64,000 bases of DNA from an uncultured bacterium (GTDB lineage Bacteria; Desulfobacterota; Deferrimicrobia; Deferrimicrobiales; Deferrimicrobiaceae), in assembly GCA_963764045.1 (NCBI GenBank), contig CAVXQW010000007.1, forward strand, positions 67,595 to 131,594. The letters run 5' to 3'. The notes under the pieces are model-generated. The model did not search any database. It was not told the origin of the DNA and saw nothing but the letters and a program-made list of their open reading frames with translations. Shown here piece by piece: positions 20,233-29,874 of the stretch. Every line of letters starts with the position of its first letter. Within the stretch, counting starts at the first letter, position 1. A program made the translations under genes and the position numbers.

Positions 20233-21060
20233 ATGATGCGTTCCATCCTCCGCCACGTTCTGCTCTGCGTTCTCGTAACGCTTTTCTCCGGCGCCGCCCA
20301 TGCGGCGGACCCGCAGGATGACATCCTGCGCCAGATCGGCGTGGACGAGAAACCGGGCGCCCAGGTTCCCCTGGACCTGCCGTTCACCGACGCATCGGGA
20401 AAGGCCGTCCTTCTGGGAGACTACCTGCGCGACGGCCCGGTGATCCTCACGCTCAACTATTACACCTGCCCCATGCTCTGTCCGTTGACGTTCCGGGGAC
20501 TCGCGGCGACGATGGCGGACGTGAAGGACCTGTCGCTGTCGAAGGATTACCGCATCGTCACCGTGAGCATCGACCCCACGGAGATCCCGGAGATCGTCCG
20601 GGCGAAAGCGAACGAGTCGCACGCCATGGTGCCCGGGCTCAAGGATCCGGACTCCCGCTGGCCGTTCCTTTACGGCAGCGCGGAGTCGATCCGGCGGGTG
20701 ACGGAGGCCGTCGGCTATCGGTACTTGAGGGTGGGGACGGAGTTCGCCCACCCCTCCGCGCAGATCGTCCTCTCTCCCGGCGGGAAGGTGTCCCGCTACC
20801 TGTACGGGTTCCAGATCCCCCCGCGGGACTTCAAGCTTGCCCTGCTGGAGGCGGCGGACGGGAAGATCGGCGCCTCTTCCGCGGAAAACGTGATACTCCT
20901 CTACTGTTTCCATTACGACCCGGTCGGCAAGAAATACTCCCTGGTGGCGATGAACGTCATGAAGCTGGCGGGAGCGGCCACCCTGGTCCTCCTGGGGGGG
21001 CTTCTCGCCGTGCTGTGGGTCCGGTACGGGCGCAAAGGCAACTCCGAGGGGAAAGGATAG
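20233..21060 (+). CDS. SCO1/SenC-family copper chaperone
   Basis: In the frame of ORF 18916..21060, starting at MMRSILRHV (signal/anchor). CPMLCP motif and a C-terminal TM. Sits directly upstream of the cox genes. Confidence 0.8.
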   Translation: MMRSILRHVLLCVLVTLFSGAAHAADPQDDILRQIGVDEKPGAQVPLDLPFTDASGKAVLLGDYLRDGPVILTLNYYTCPMLCPLTFRGLAATMADVKDLSLSKDYRIVTVSIDPTEIPEIVRAKANESHAMVPGLKDPDSRWPFLYGSAESIRRVTEAVGYRYLRVGTEFAHPSAQIVLSPGGKVSRYLYGFQIPPRDFKLALLEAADGKIGASSAENVILLYCFHYDPVGKKYSLVAMNVMKLAGAATLVLLGGLLAVLWVRYGRKGNSEGKG

Positions 21061-21062
21061 CG

Positions 21063-22013
21063 ATGGGGAAGATATTCGCATTCGGCGCGGCTTCCGGCCA
21101 GGCGGCCCAGGTCGACGCCGTTTTCCTGATGATCCTCGTCATCGGCGTATTCTTCTTCCTGCTCACACAGGGGCTTCTCATCTATTTCGCCGTGAAGTAC
21201 CGCAGACGCCAGCCGGACCGGGACAACGAGACTCCCCGGATCACGGGGAACCACGTGCTGGAGTTTTTCTGGATCCTGATCCCGTCGATCGTCGTGGTGA
21301 CCATCTTCTACTACGGCTGGCGGGTGTACACCGACCTTCATGTTCCCCAGGCCGGGGCGACGGAGGTGTACGTCAACGCCAGGCAGTGGCTGTACGAGAT
21401 CAAGTACCCCGACGGGCGGACGGCGATCAACGAGATCCGCGTCCCGGCGGGCAAGCCGGTCAAGTTCATCCTCTCCGCCTCCGACGTCATCCACGGGTTC
21501 TACCTCCCGGATTTCCGGGAGAAGATGGACGCGATCCCCGGGAGGGTGACCACGCTCTGGGTGCAACCCGACCGGCCGGGCAGCTATCAAATCTACTGCA
21601 CGGTCTACTGCGGCACCGGGCACTCGAACATGCTGGCCCGACTGATCGTGATGCCTCCGGCGGAATACGCGGAGTGGGCAGCCCACGGGGAAGAGGAGGG
21701 CGGCGAGGGGAAGGAGCACGAGCCCCTCGCCATCCGTGGCGAGCGGGTCGCGAAGAACGCGGGGTGCCTCAACTGCCACGCGATCGGGGGGGCGGTGAAG
21801 GTCGGTCCCGACTGGAAAGGGTTGTTCGGGTCGAACGTCCCCCTCGAGGGCGGGAAGACCGTGACGGCCGATGAGGATTATCTGCGGGAGTCGATCGTGG
21901 ACCCGGGCGCCAAGGTCGTGAAGGGGTTCCCCAACGTGATGCCCACGTACAAGACCACGCTGTCGAAAGAGGACATCGACGCGGTGGTGGCGTACCTGAA
22001 AACGCTCAAGTGA
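21063..22013 (+). CDS. coxB: cytochrome c oxidase subunit II fused to a cytochrome c domain (caa3 type)
   Basis: ORF 21015..22013, starting at MGKIFAF. CuA motif [13 protein letters not shown]-terminal heme-c site CLNCH. Confidence 0.9.
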   Translation: MGKIFAFGAASGQAAQVDAVFLMILVIGVFFFLLTQGLLIYFAVKYRRRQPDRDNETPRITGNHVLEFFWILIPSIVVVTIFYYGWRVYTDLHVPQAGATEVYVNARQWLYEIKYPDGRTAINEIRVPAGKPVKFILSASDVIHGFYLPDFREKMDAIPGRVTTLWVQPDRPGSYQIYCTVYCGTGHSNMLARLIVMPPAEYAEWAAHGEEEGGEGKEHEPLAIRGERVAKNAGCLNCHAIGGAVKVGPDWKGLFGSNVPLEGGKTVTADEDYLRESIVDPGAKVVKGFPNVMPTYKTTLSKEDIDAVVAYLKTLK

Positions 22014-22035
22014 GGCGGTGAGAGGGGTGGAGCGG

Positions 22036-23643
22036 ATGGCGGAGGAGTCCGGGAGCGGGAGAGGGTACCTCGCGGAGCGCGGGTGGCGCTCGTGGGCGTA
22101 CACGATGGACCACAAGCGGATCGGCGTGATGTACCTCTACACCACGATCGTCTTCTTCTTCATCGGCGGCATCTTCGCGCTGCTGCTTCGACTGGAGCTG
22201 CTCTCCCCCCAGGCGAAATACTTCAGCGACCACACCTACAACGTCTTCTTCACCCTGCACGGGGCGATGATGATCTTCCTCTTCATCATCCCCGCCATCC
22301 CGTCGGGTCTCGGGAATTTCTTCATCCCGATGCACATCGGCGCGAGGGACGTCGCGTTTCCACGGATCAACCTCGCCAGTTACTGGGTCTTCGTGGCGGG
22401 TTTTCTCGTCGTCATCGGCTCCCTCGTGTCCCCGATGGACACCGGGTGGACCTTCTACACGCCGTACTCGGCGAAAACGGGGGCGGCGGTGGCCACCCTT
22501 TCCTTCGGGATCTTCCTGATCGGGATGTCGTCCATCCTCACCGGACTGAACTTCATCGTCACCATCCACAAGCTGCGCGCCCCCGGGATGACCTGGCACC
22601 GGTTGCCCCTCTTCATCTGGGGGATGTACGCCACCAGCATCATCCAGGTGGTGGCCACGCCGGTGGTCGGGGTGACCTTCCTGCTCCTGGCCATGGAGCG
22701 CCTCTTCGGCGTCGCGTTCTTCGACCCGGCCAAGGGGGGGGACCCGGTCCTGTTCCAGCACTTCTTCTGGTTCTACTCCCACCCGGTGGTGTACGTGATG
22801 ATCCTGCCGGCGATGGGGATCATCTCCGAGGTGATCCCGGTCTTCTCCCGCAAGCCGATCTTCGGGTACAACGCGATCGCCTACTCCTCGCTGGCGATCG
22901 CCTTCCTCGGGTTCCTGGTGTGGGGGCACCACATGTTCACCTCGGGCATGTCCTCCGCTCGCCAACACGATCTTCTCCTTCCTGACCTTCTTCGTCGCCG
23001 TTCCGACGGCGGTGAAGGTGTTCAACTGGATCGCCACGCTCTACAAGGGGTCGATCACCTTCGAGTCGCCGATGCTGTACGCCCTCACCTTCATCTTCCT
23101 GTTCGCCGTCGGGGGCCTCACCGGGCCGTTCCTCGGCGCCCTGGCCACCGACGTGCAACTCCACGACACGTACTTCGTGGTGGCCCACTTCCATTACACG
23201 ATGATGGGCGGCACCGTCATGGGGTTCTTCGCGGGGCTCCACTACTGGTTCCCCAAGATGACCGGAAAGATGCTGAACGAGAAGATCGCGCGGATCGCAT
23301 GGGCGCTGGTCTTCATCGGCTTCAACGTCACCTTCTTCACCATGTTCATCACGGGGTGCGAGGGCATGCCGCGGCGGTACGCGGAATACCTTCCCAGGTT
23401 CCAGGTGGAGAACGTGATCTCGACTCGATCGGTTCCGCGATCCTCGCCGTGGGGATCGCGGTGATGTTCTGGAACTTTCTCCAGGGATTGCGGAAGGGGC
23501 CGCCCGCGCCGGGGAACCCGTGGAGAGCGCTGACCCTGGAGTGGCAGACCCCCTCGCCGCCCATCACCGAGAACTTTCCCGAGATCCCCGTGGTCACCGA
23601 CTGGCCGTACGGGTACGGGAAACCGAAAGGGCCGGTCGCGTGA
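22036..23643 (+). CDS. coxA: cytochrome c oxidase subunit I, two apparent frameshifts
   Basis: ORF 22018..23643 carries both ends. The middle part ([13 protein letters not shown]...HFHYTMMGG...MPRRY) is in ORF 23012..23464. The joins are near 22951..22957 and 23413..23430. Confidence 0.85.
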   Translation: MAEESGSGRGYLAERGWRSWAYTMDHKRIGVMYLYTTIVFFFIGGIFALLLRLELLSPQAKYFSDHTYNVFFTLHGAMMIFLFIIPAIPSGLGNFFIPMHIGARDVAFPRINLASYWVFVAGFLVVIGSLVSPMDTGWTFYTPYSAKTGAAVATLSFGIFLIGMSSILTGLNFIVTIHKLRAPGMTWHRLPLFIWGMYATSIIQVVATPVVGVTFLLLAMERLFGVAFFDPAKGGDPVLFQHFFWFYSHPVVYVMILPAMGIISEVIPVFSRKPIFGYNAIAYSSLAIAFLGFLVWGHHMFTSGMSSARQHDLLLPDLLRRRSDGGEGVQLDRHALQGVDHLRVADAVRPHLHLPVRRRGPHRAVPRRPGHRRATPRHVLRGGPLPLHDDGRHRHGVLRGAPLLVPQDDRKDAEREDRADRMGAGLHRLQRHLLHHVHHGVRGHAAAVRGIPSQVPGGERDLDSIGSAILAVGIAVMFWNFLQGLRKGPPAPGNPWRALTLEWQTPSPPITENFPEIPVVTDWPYGYGKPKGPVA

Positions 23644-24229
23644 GCGATCCATCCGCCGGGCATACCGACCCCCGCGTCGCGTTCGAGGCCGCCAAGCTCG
23701 GACTGTGGACCTTCCTCGCGACCGAGGTGCTCCTCTTCGGCGCGCTCTTCACCGCGTACACCGTTTTCCGCGTGAAGTACCCGGCGCTCTTCCAGTCGGA
23801 GCACCTGAAGCTCAACCGCGTCCTGGGGACCCTGAACACGGTGGTTCTGATCTCCAGCAGCCTCGCGGTGGCGCTCGGCGTGGACGCGATCCGCAGGGGG
23901 AAGGCGCGCCTTCTGGAGAGGTATTACGGGGTGACGGTTCTCCTGGGGGCGGTCTTTCTCTGCGTGAAGTACATCGAGTGGACCGAGGAGTTCCGCCACG
24001 GGCTGTACCCGGGCACGAACATCTTCTTCTCGCTCTACTTCATGATGACCGGGCTGCACGGCATCCACGTGATCCTCGGCATGGGGGTCCTCACCTACGT
24101 CGTCGTCCTCTCGAGGCGGGGGAGATTCTCCGCGGAGTTACCACACACCGGTGGAGATCGCGGGACTGTACTGGCACTTCGTCGACCTGGTCTGGATCTA
24201 CCTGTTGCCACTGCTTTACCTGATCGGGT
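23640..24229 (+). CDS. coxC: cytochrome c oxidase subunit III, apparent frameshift near the 3-prime end
   Basis: In the frame of ORF 23520..24242, from the GTG at 23640. The tail [30 protein letters not shown], ending at 24229, is in another frame. The join is near 24135. Confidence 0.8.
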
Positions 24230-24238
24230 GAGGGAGAC

Positions 24239-24519
24239 ATGAGCCACGAAACCGACCGGCGCCCGCCGGACCTACTTTACGGTCTACATCGCCCTGGTCG
24301 TGCTGACGGTGGTCACCGTCCTGGTCTCCTACGTCGACCTCGGGATGATGAACGTAGTCGTGGCGCTTCTGATCGCCTCCGTGAAGGCGTCCCTGGTCGC
24401 CCTGATCTTCATGGGACCTCAAGAGCGAAGACCGCCTGGTGTGGGGCTTCGCCCTGGTGCCGATCGCTTTCCTGGCGCTCATCATTCTCGGGACGCTTGT
24501 CGACACGATGTTGCGCTGA
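24239..24519 (+). CDS. small cytochrome c oxidase subunit IV (bacterial type), two apparent frameshifts
   Basis: MSHET (ATG 24239), then YFTVYIALVVLTVVTVLVSYVDLG... (ORF 24300 frame), then LKSEDRLVWGFALVPIAFLALIILG...MLR with a stop at 24517..24519. Confidence 0.6.
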
Positions 24520-24571
24520 TCCGCCGCCGCGAGGATAATCCCCGTATCCGCTTTCCGGAGGAGGGACACCG

Positions 24572-25448
24572 ATGCTGGGCAGAGTGACCGTGGGGCTGCT
24601 GTTCCTTCTCCTGGTTTGGGGAAACCTCGTCGCCGGGCTCAAGGCGGGGCTGGCGTGCCCCGACTGGCCGCTTTGCTACGGGAAGGTCCTGCCCCCGTTC
24701 CGCTGGGACATCTACATGGAGTTCGGCCATCGCGTCATCGCGGCCGTGGCGTCGGTCTTTCTGGTCGCCCTTGCGGTGCTCCGCTACCGGAGATACGACG
24801 GGGCGGTGCGGGCGGTTCCGGTTCTCGCCCTTCTCCTTCTCGCGGCGGAGATCGGGATGGGCGGGGCCGTGGTGCTCCTCGAAACCCCCGTGCAGCTGAC
24901 CACGGTCCACTTCATGACCGGAGTGATGGTGTTTCTCCTCGCGTTCTACATGATGACGTTCGACGGGGAACGTGAACGGGCCACCTTCGCCTTCCGCGGA
25001 CCGGCGGCCCTCTATCTCTCCGTCGTCGCGCTGGTCTATTCGCAATCCGCCCTCGGGGCGTATGTCCGCCACCTCGACGCGGGGTTGGCCTGCCCCGACT
25101 TCCCCACCTGTCTCGGGAAGTGGATCCCCCCGCTCCTCGTCCGGACCCGTGCTGGCGCACTTTACCCACCGTACCCTCGGGTTCCTCGTGCTGCTGACGG
25201 CGGTGACGCTCTACCTTTTTGTCCGCCGGGATCCGCGGCAACGGAGGAATCGGCCCCTCGCCTTGTCGTTCCTCGTCCTCGTTGCGGCACAGATCGGGGT
25301 GGGCGCCCTCGTGGTGTTGTCGGGGCTTTACTTCCTTGCGACGGCGCTGCACCTGGCGGTGGCGCTCGGGTTGCTGTCGATTCTCGGGCATCTATGGGTG
25401 AACGCGGCCCGGGCGGAAGGGACGACGCTATCCCTGCCCCGGAGCTGA
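24572..25448 (+). CDS. ctaA: heme A synthase (COX15/CtaA family), apparent frameshift
   Basis: The N-terminus is in ORF 24572..26305 (CPDWPLCYG, CPDFPTCLG). The C-terminus is in ORF 24972..25448 (HFTHRTLGFLVLL...). The join is near 25135..25141. Confidence 0.75.
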
Positions 25449-26305
25449 CACCTCCGGGGAAACCGTCCGCGATCCTGCTGGTCAAGCCGGGCATCATCGC
25501 GGCGGTGACCCTGGCCGGCTTCTCCGGGATGGTGCTCGCCCGGCGGGGTCTTCCTCCTCCCGGAAAAACGCTGCTCACGCTGGCCTGCATCCTCGCGGCG
25601 GCGGGCGGATCCGCCGCCCTGAACACGGTCCTCGACGCCGGGATCGACGAGAAGATGCCTCGCCTGGCCCGACGGCTCGACGCCCTGCGGTCTCTCGGGC
25701 GCGAGAACGTCGCGGCGGCGTCGGTGACCGCGATCGCCGCATCGCTCCTCCTTTCGGCCCTTTTCCTCAACACCACGACGTGCCTTCTCCTTGCTGCCGC
25801 CGTGGCCGGCTACGCGGTCCTCTATACACTGTTGTGGAAGCGCCGATCGCCGTACGGCACGATTCCCGGCGCCGTTCCCGGCGCCCTGCCGGTCCTCATC
25901 GGGTACGCCGCCGTGAATCCGCACATCGGAATGGACGGCGTTCTCCTGTTCCTGATCCTCGTTCTCTGGCAGCCGCCCCATTTCTGGGCCCTCGCGTTGC
26001 GCCACCAGGCGGAATACCGCGCGGCGGGCGTCCCGGTCCTCCCCGTCGCGTTCGGCGAACCGTACACCAAGGTCCTGATCTTCCTGTACGCGGCGGCGCT
26101 GCTCCCCCTGTCCCTGTCGCTATGGGCGCTGGGATACCTTTCCGCCCGTTTCGGGTGGGCGGCCTTCCTGCTTGGGGCGGGGTTCCTCGCCGTCTTCTAC
26201 CGGGAAACCGTGACGAACCGTCGCTTCGGCCGCGCGTTCGCGGTCTCGATCGTCTACCTGACGCTGCTCCTCCTCGCTCTCCTCGCCGACATCCTGATCC
26301 GGTGA
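25393..26305 (+). CDS. ctaB: protoheme IX farnesyltransferase (heme O synthase)
   Basis: The C-terminal ~300 aa of ORF 24572..26305 are UbiA-like (LVKPGIIAAV, LYTLLWKRRSPYGT, WQPPHFWALA). The start is uncertain: the only in-frame Met is at 25393, which overlaps the ctaA tail. Confidence 0.7.
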
Positions 26306-26407
26306 CCCCACGGGACACCCGTCCGTATCTTCCGGTCCTTCTTTTCCCCTGTCCTGCGTTATCATGGAGGTGCTGTCTCATCTTCTTGGAATCCCCGGGA
26401 GCGGAGC

Positions 26408-27319
26408 ATGAGCCTTCTGGTCGTAGGGTCGATGGCGTTCGACAGCATCAAGTCGCCGTTCGGCGAGGTGGAGCGGGTGATCGGCGGGTCGGCGACCTAC
26501 TTCTCCCTCGCGGCGAGCTACCTGGCACCCGTGCGCCTCGTCTCGGTCGTGGGAAAGGACTTCCCGAAGGGGACGCTCGACATGCTCTCCGCCCGGGGGA
26601 TCGACCTCCAGGGGTTGAAGGTCGCGGAAGGGGTCACCTTCCACTGGAAGGGATATTACGAGTACGACCTGAACATCGCCCATACGGTGAAAACGGATCT
26701 GAACGTGTTCGAGAATTTCGCCCCCGTCCTGCCGGCGTCGTACCGGGAATCCCGCTACGTCTTCCTCGGGAACATCGACCCGAAACTGCAGCTGGACATC
26801 CTGGCCCAGGTGCGCGAACCGAAGATCGTCGCGCTCGACACGATGAACTTCTGGATCGGGAAGAGCCCGCAACTGTTGCGGGAAGTGATCCGGAGCGTCG
26901 ACATCGTCGTCATCAACGAGGCGGAGATCCGGGAGCTGACGGGCGAGTTCAACCTCGTCAAGGCGGCCCGGAAGCTGATGCGCATGGGGCCGGGGCGTGT
27001 CGTGATCAAGCGGGGGGAATACGGCGTCCTCCACCTGTCCGACGGGGAGATCTTCGCGGCCCCGGCGTACCCGCTGGAGACGATCTTCGACCCGACCGGG
27101 GCGGGGGACAGCTTCGCGGGCGGCTTCATGGGATACCTCGCATCGCGGGACGGGGACGCGCTGACGGAGATGGATTACCGGCTGGCCACGATCTACGGCA
27201 GCGCCATCGCCTCCTTCACGGTGGAGGCGTTCAGCACGGAGCGGCTGGAGAGGCTTTCGCGGGAAGAGATCGACACCCGCCTCGCGGCGTTCCGGGCGCT
27301 CACCGAATTCCGGGTCTGA
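26408..27319 (+). CDS. PfkB-family sugar/nucleoside kinase
   Basis: Intact 303-aa ORF with DPTGAGDSFAGGF near the C-terminus. Confidence 0.85.
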   Translation: MSLLVVGSMAFDSIKSPFGEVERVIGGSATYFSLAASYLAPVRLVSVVGKDFPKGTLDMLSARGIDLQGLKVAEGVTFHWKGYYEYDLNIAHTVKTDLNVFENFAPVLPASYRESRYVFLGNIDPKLQLDILAQVREPKIVALDTMNFWIGKSPQLLREVIRSVDIVVINEAEIRELTGEFNLVKAARKLMRMGPGRVVIKRGEYGVLHLSDGEIFAAPAYPLETIFDPTGAGDSFAGGFMGYLASRDGDALTEMDYRLATIYGSAIASFTVEAFSTERLERLSREEIDTRLAAFRALTEFRV

Positions 27320-27347
27320 ACGGCGGAGGAACGGGGGGAGATCGGCC

Positions 27348-29720
27348 ATGGCGACGTTGACCAAAGCCGCCAGAATGGCGTGGCAGATCGGCGCGGCCGA
27401 GGCGGCCCGGCTCCGGTACCCGTTCATCGAGAGGGAGCACCTCCTGATCGGTCTGTGCAGCCTCCGGAAGATCCTGCAATACCTGGACTACACCCACATC
27501 GAGTCGCTCCCGGTCGAAGTCCTTCGGGAGGAGGCGGACGGGATCGAACGGGTTCTCGCGTCCCTCGGGATCACCGATGCGTCGATACGACGCGGTGTAC
27601 GGTCGCGCCTGCGGCCGGGGAACACGATTCATACGGAGCGAACGGTCCACCGCAGCGTGGAGTGCAAGCGGTACTTCCGACGGGCGGGGGAGATCGTCGA
27701 GGATGGGGAGGAGGTCGCCGTGCGCCACCTTTTTTCCGCCGTTCTCGAGGATCCGGGTCCGGTCGTCTCCGCGGTGCTTGCGGGCGCGGGGGTTTCCCCT
27801 GGCGGTCTCCGCGAGAAGTTGCTCGTTGGAAGGGAGCTGGAGCAGGAACCGATCCCCGTTCGCGAAGAGTACGGGAATCTGCCCGTCGCACCGGAGCCGC
27901 TTTCTTCAGAGACGCCGCTCCTGGACCGGTACGGCCGCGACATCACCCGGGCCGCGCGCGAGGGGCGCCTCCTGCCGTTCGTCCACTCCGACCGGGTCCG
28001 CAACACCCTTCGCCAGCTCATCAAGGTCCTCATGATGCCTACCAAGAACAACCCGGTCCTCGTGGGGGAGACGGGGGTAGGGAAGACCGCCGTCGTCGAG
28101 GCGCTCGCGGAACGGATCGCCCTCGGGCGGGACCGCCGGTTCCTCCCTGGACGGAGACTCGTCGAGCTGTCGATGGCGGAGATGGTCGCGGGGACGAAGT
28201 ACCGGGGCGAGTTCGAGGAGCGCCTGACCCGGATGATCGAAGAGGTTCGATCCCACCCGGAGGTGATCCTGTTCATCGACGAATTCCATACGGTGGCAGG
28301 GGCGGGTCGCGCCGAAGGGGCCCCGATGGACGCGGGGAACATCATGAAGCCGGCGCTGGCCCGGGGAGAGTTGCGGTGCATCGGCGCCACGACGATCAAG
28401 GAGTACCGCCACAGCGTCGAGAAGGACCCGGCGCTGGAGCGCCGCTTCCAGCCGGTCCAGGTTGCCGAGCCCGGGCGGGACGAGACCCTGGAGATCCTCC
28501 AGGGGCTTCGGTCTCACCGGGAGAGCCACTTCGGAGTGACGATCACGGACGAAACGCTGTCCGCCACCGTCGAGCTCGCCGTGCGATTCGACCCGACGCA
28601 CTTCCTCCCGGACAAGGCGATCGATCTCCTGGACCGGGCCTGCGCGGAGTGCCGGGTGCCGCTTCTCTCGATGGCGGCGAACTCCGACCGGTACGACGCC
28701 GTGGGGGTCGCCGTTGTGACGCCCGAGTACGTGGCCCGCGTCGTGGCCGAGAAGATGGGGATCCCGATCGAGGTGGCCCGGGGCGGGCTGGGAGGGATCG
28801 CTGAATCGCGGGTGCGAGGGCTGGAGGAGCATCTCAACCGGTACATCGTCGGACAGGAAGAGGCGATCTCCCGGGTTTGCCGTCGCCTCGTCCTTTCCCA
28901 CGCCGGGCTCGGGGACCGTCGCCGGCCGATGGGCGTTTTCCTGTTCCTCGGCCCCTCGGGGGTGGGGAAGACCGAAGTGGCGCGGCGGATCGCCTCGTAT
29001 CTCTTCGCCAACGAACGCGCGTTCATCCATCTGGACATGTCGGAATACCAGGAAGAGGTCAGCGTCTCCCGCCTCATCGGCGCGGCTCCGGGGTACGTCG
29101 GCTACGAAGAGGGGGGGCAGCTCATCGCCCGGCTGCGGACCACTCCGTATTCGGTCGTCCTGCTCGACGAGGTCGAAAAGGCGTCCCCCAGGGTATTCGA
29201 CCTGTTCCTGCAGCTGTTCGACGAGGCGAAGATCACCGACGCGCAGGGCCACACCGCGGACGCCCGCCACACGATCTTCATCATGACGGGAAATATCCCC
29301 CTCCGGAAGGAGATGGGGTTCCGCGCGGGCGAGGCAGCGTTGGCGGAAGGCGCGGCGCTGGCGGAGGTCCGGCGACGGTTCCGTCCGGAGTTCCTCAACC
29401 GCGTGGACGAGCAGATCGTATTCCGGGCGCTCACCCCCGACGACGTCCGGAAGGTGCTGGCGCTCCGGATCGCCGAGTTGTCGGAGAGCCTCCTCGCCGA
29501 CCACGGGGTGGCGCTCGAAGTGGAGGAGGCGGCGGCGGATTGGCTGGCCGCGGAAGGATACCAGGCGGAATACGGGGTACGGGAACTCGCCCGGGCCGTG
29601 GACCGTTGGGTCCGGGCGCCGATCGGAGCGATGAGCGCCGAGGGGGAACTCGCGCGCAGGGCCGCATCGGGCACGCCCCTGGTCGTCCGAAAGACGGCGG
29701 AAGGCATCCGGGTCGAGTAG
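27348..29720 (+). CDS. ClpA/ClpC-like double AAA+ ATPase
   Basis: Intact 790-aa ORF. Clp_N-like repeats are followed by Walker A GETGVGKT and GPSGVGKT. No long ClpB-type middle domain is obvious. Confidence 0.85.
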   Translation: MATLTKAARMAWQIGAAEAARLRYPFIEREHLLIGLCSLRKILQYLDYTHIESLPVEVLREEADGIERVLASLGITDASIRRGVRSRLRPGNTIHTERTVHRSVECKRYFRRAGEIVEDGEEVAVRHLFSAVLEDPGPVVSAVLAGAGVSPGGLREKLLVGRELEQEPIPVREEYGNLPVAPEPLSSETPLLDRYGRDITRAAREGRLLPFVHSDRVRNTLRQLIKVLMMPTKNNPVLVGETGVGKTAVVEALAERIALGRDRRFLPGRRLVELSMAEMVAGTKYRGEFEERLTRMIEEVRSHPEVILFIDEFHTVAGAGRAEGAPMDAGNIMKPALARGELRCIGATTIKEYRHSVEKDPALERRFQPVQVAEPGRDETLEILQGLRSHRESHFGVTITDETLSATVELAVRFDPTHFLPDKAIDLLDRACAECRVPLLSMAANSDRYDAVGVAVVTPEYVARVVAEKMGIPIEVARGGLGGIAESRVRGLEEHLNRYIVGQEEAISRVCRRLVLSHAGLGDRRRPMGVFLFLGPSGVGKTEVARRIASYLFANERAFIHLDMSEYQEEVSVSRLIGAAPGYVGYEEGGQLIARLRTTPYSVVLLDEVEKASPRVFDLFLQLFDEAKITDAQGHTADARHTIFIMTGNIPLRKEMGFRAGEAALAEGAALAEVRRRFRPEFLNRVDEQIVFRALTPDDVRKVLALRIAELSESLLADHGVALEVEEAAADWLAAEGYQAEYGVRELARAVDRWVRAPIGAMSAEGELARRAASGTPLVVRKTAEGIRVE

Positions 29721-29800
29721 CCCCCCTTTCCGGACCCGGGATGTCGTTTCCGGTCCATCGATTATCGTTTCGATCCGTCCCTTTGCTGCTCGTTTTCCCG

Positions 29801-29827
29801 TAAAGTTTTCCCCCTCACTGCCGATAA
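29801..29827 (+). promoter_or_regulatory. sigma-28 (FliA) consensus promoter upstream of the rpfC-like gene
   Basis: TAAAGTTT (29801..29808), 11-nt spacer, GCCGATAA (29820..29827). This is an exact match to the enterobacterial TAAAGTTT-N11-GCCGATAA consensus, 47 nt before the GTG at 29875. Confidence 0.6.
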
Positions 29828-29874
29828 AGATCCCCGACAGCGAAAAACGGGTTGCGTGCGCGCGGGGGCGGGTC

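Noticed and set aside
22594-22607. TGGCAC-CGG-TTGC inside coxA as a sigma-54 promoter
   Set aside because: The spacer is 3 nt rather than 5, and the site lies inside a coding region.
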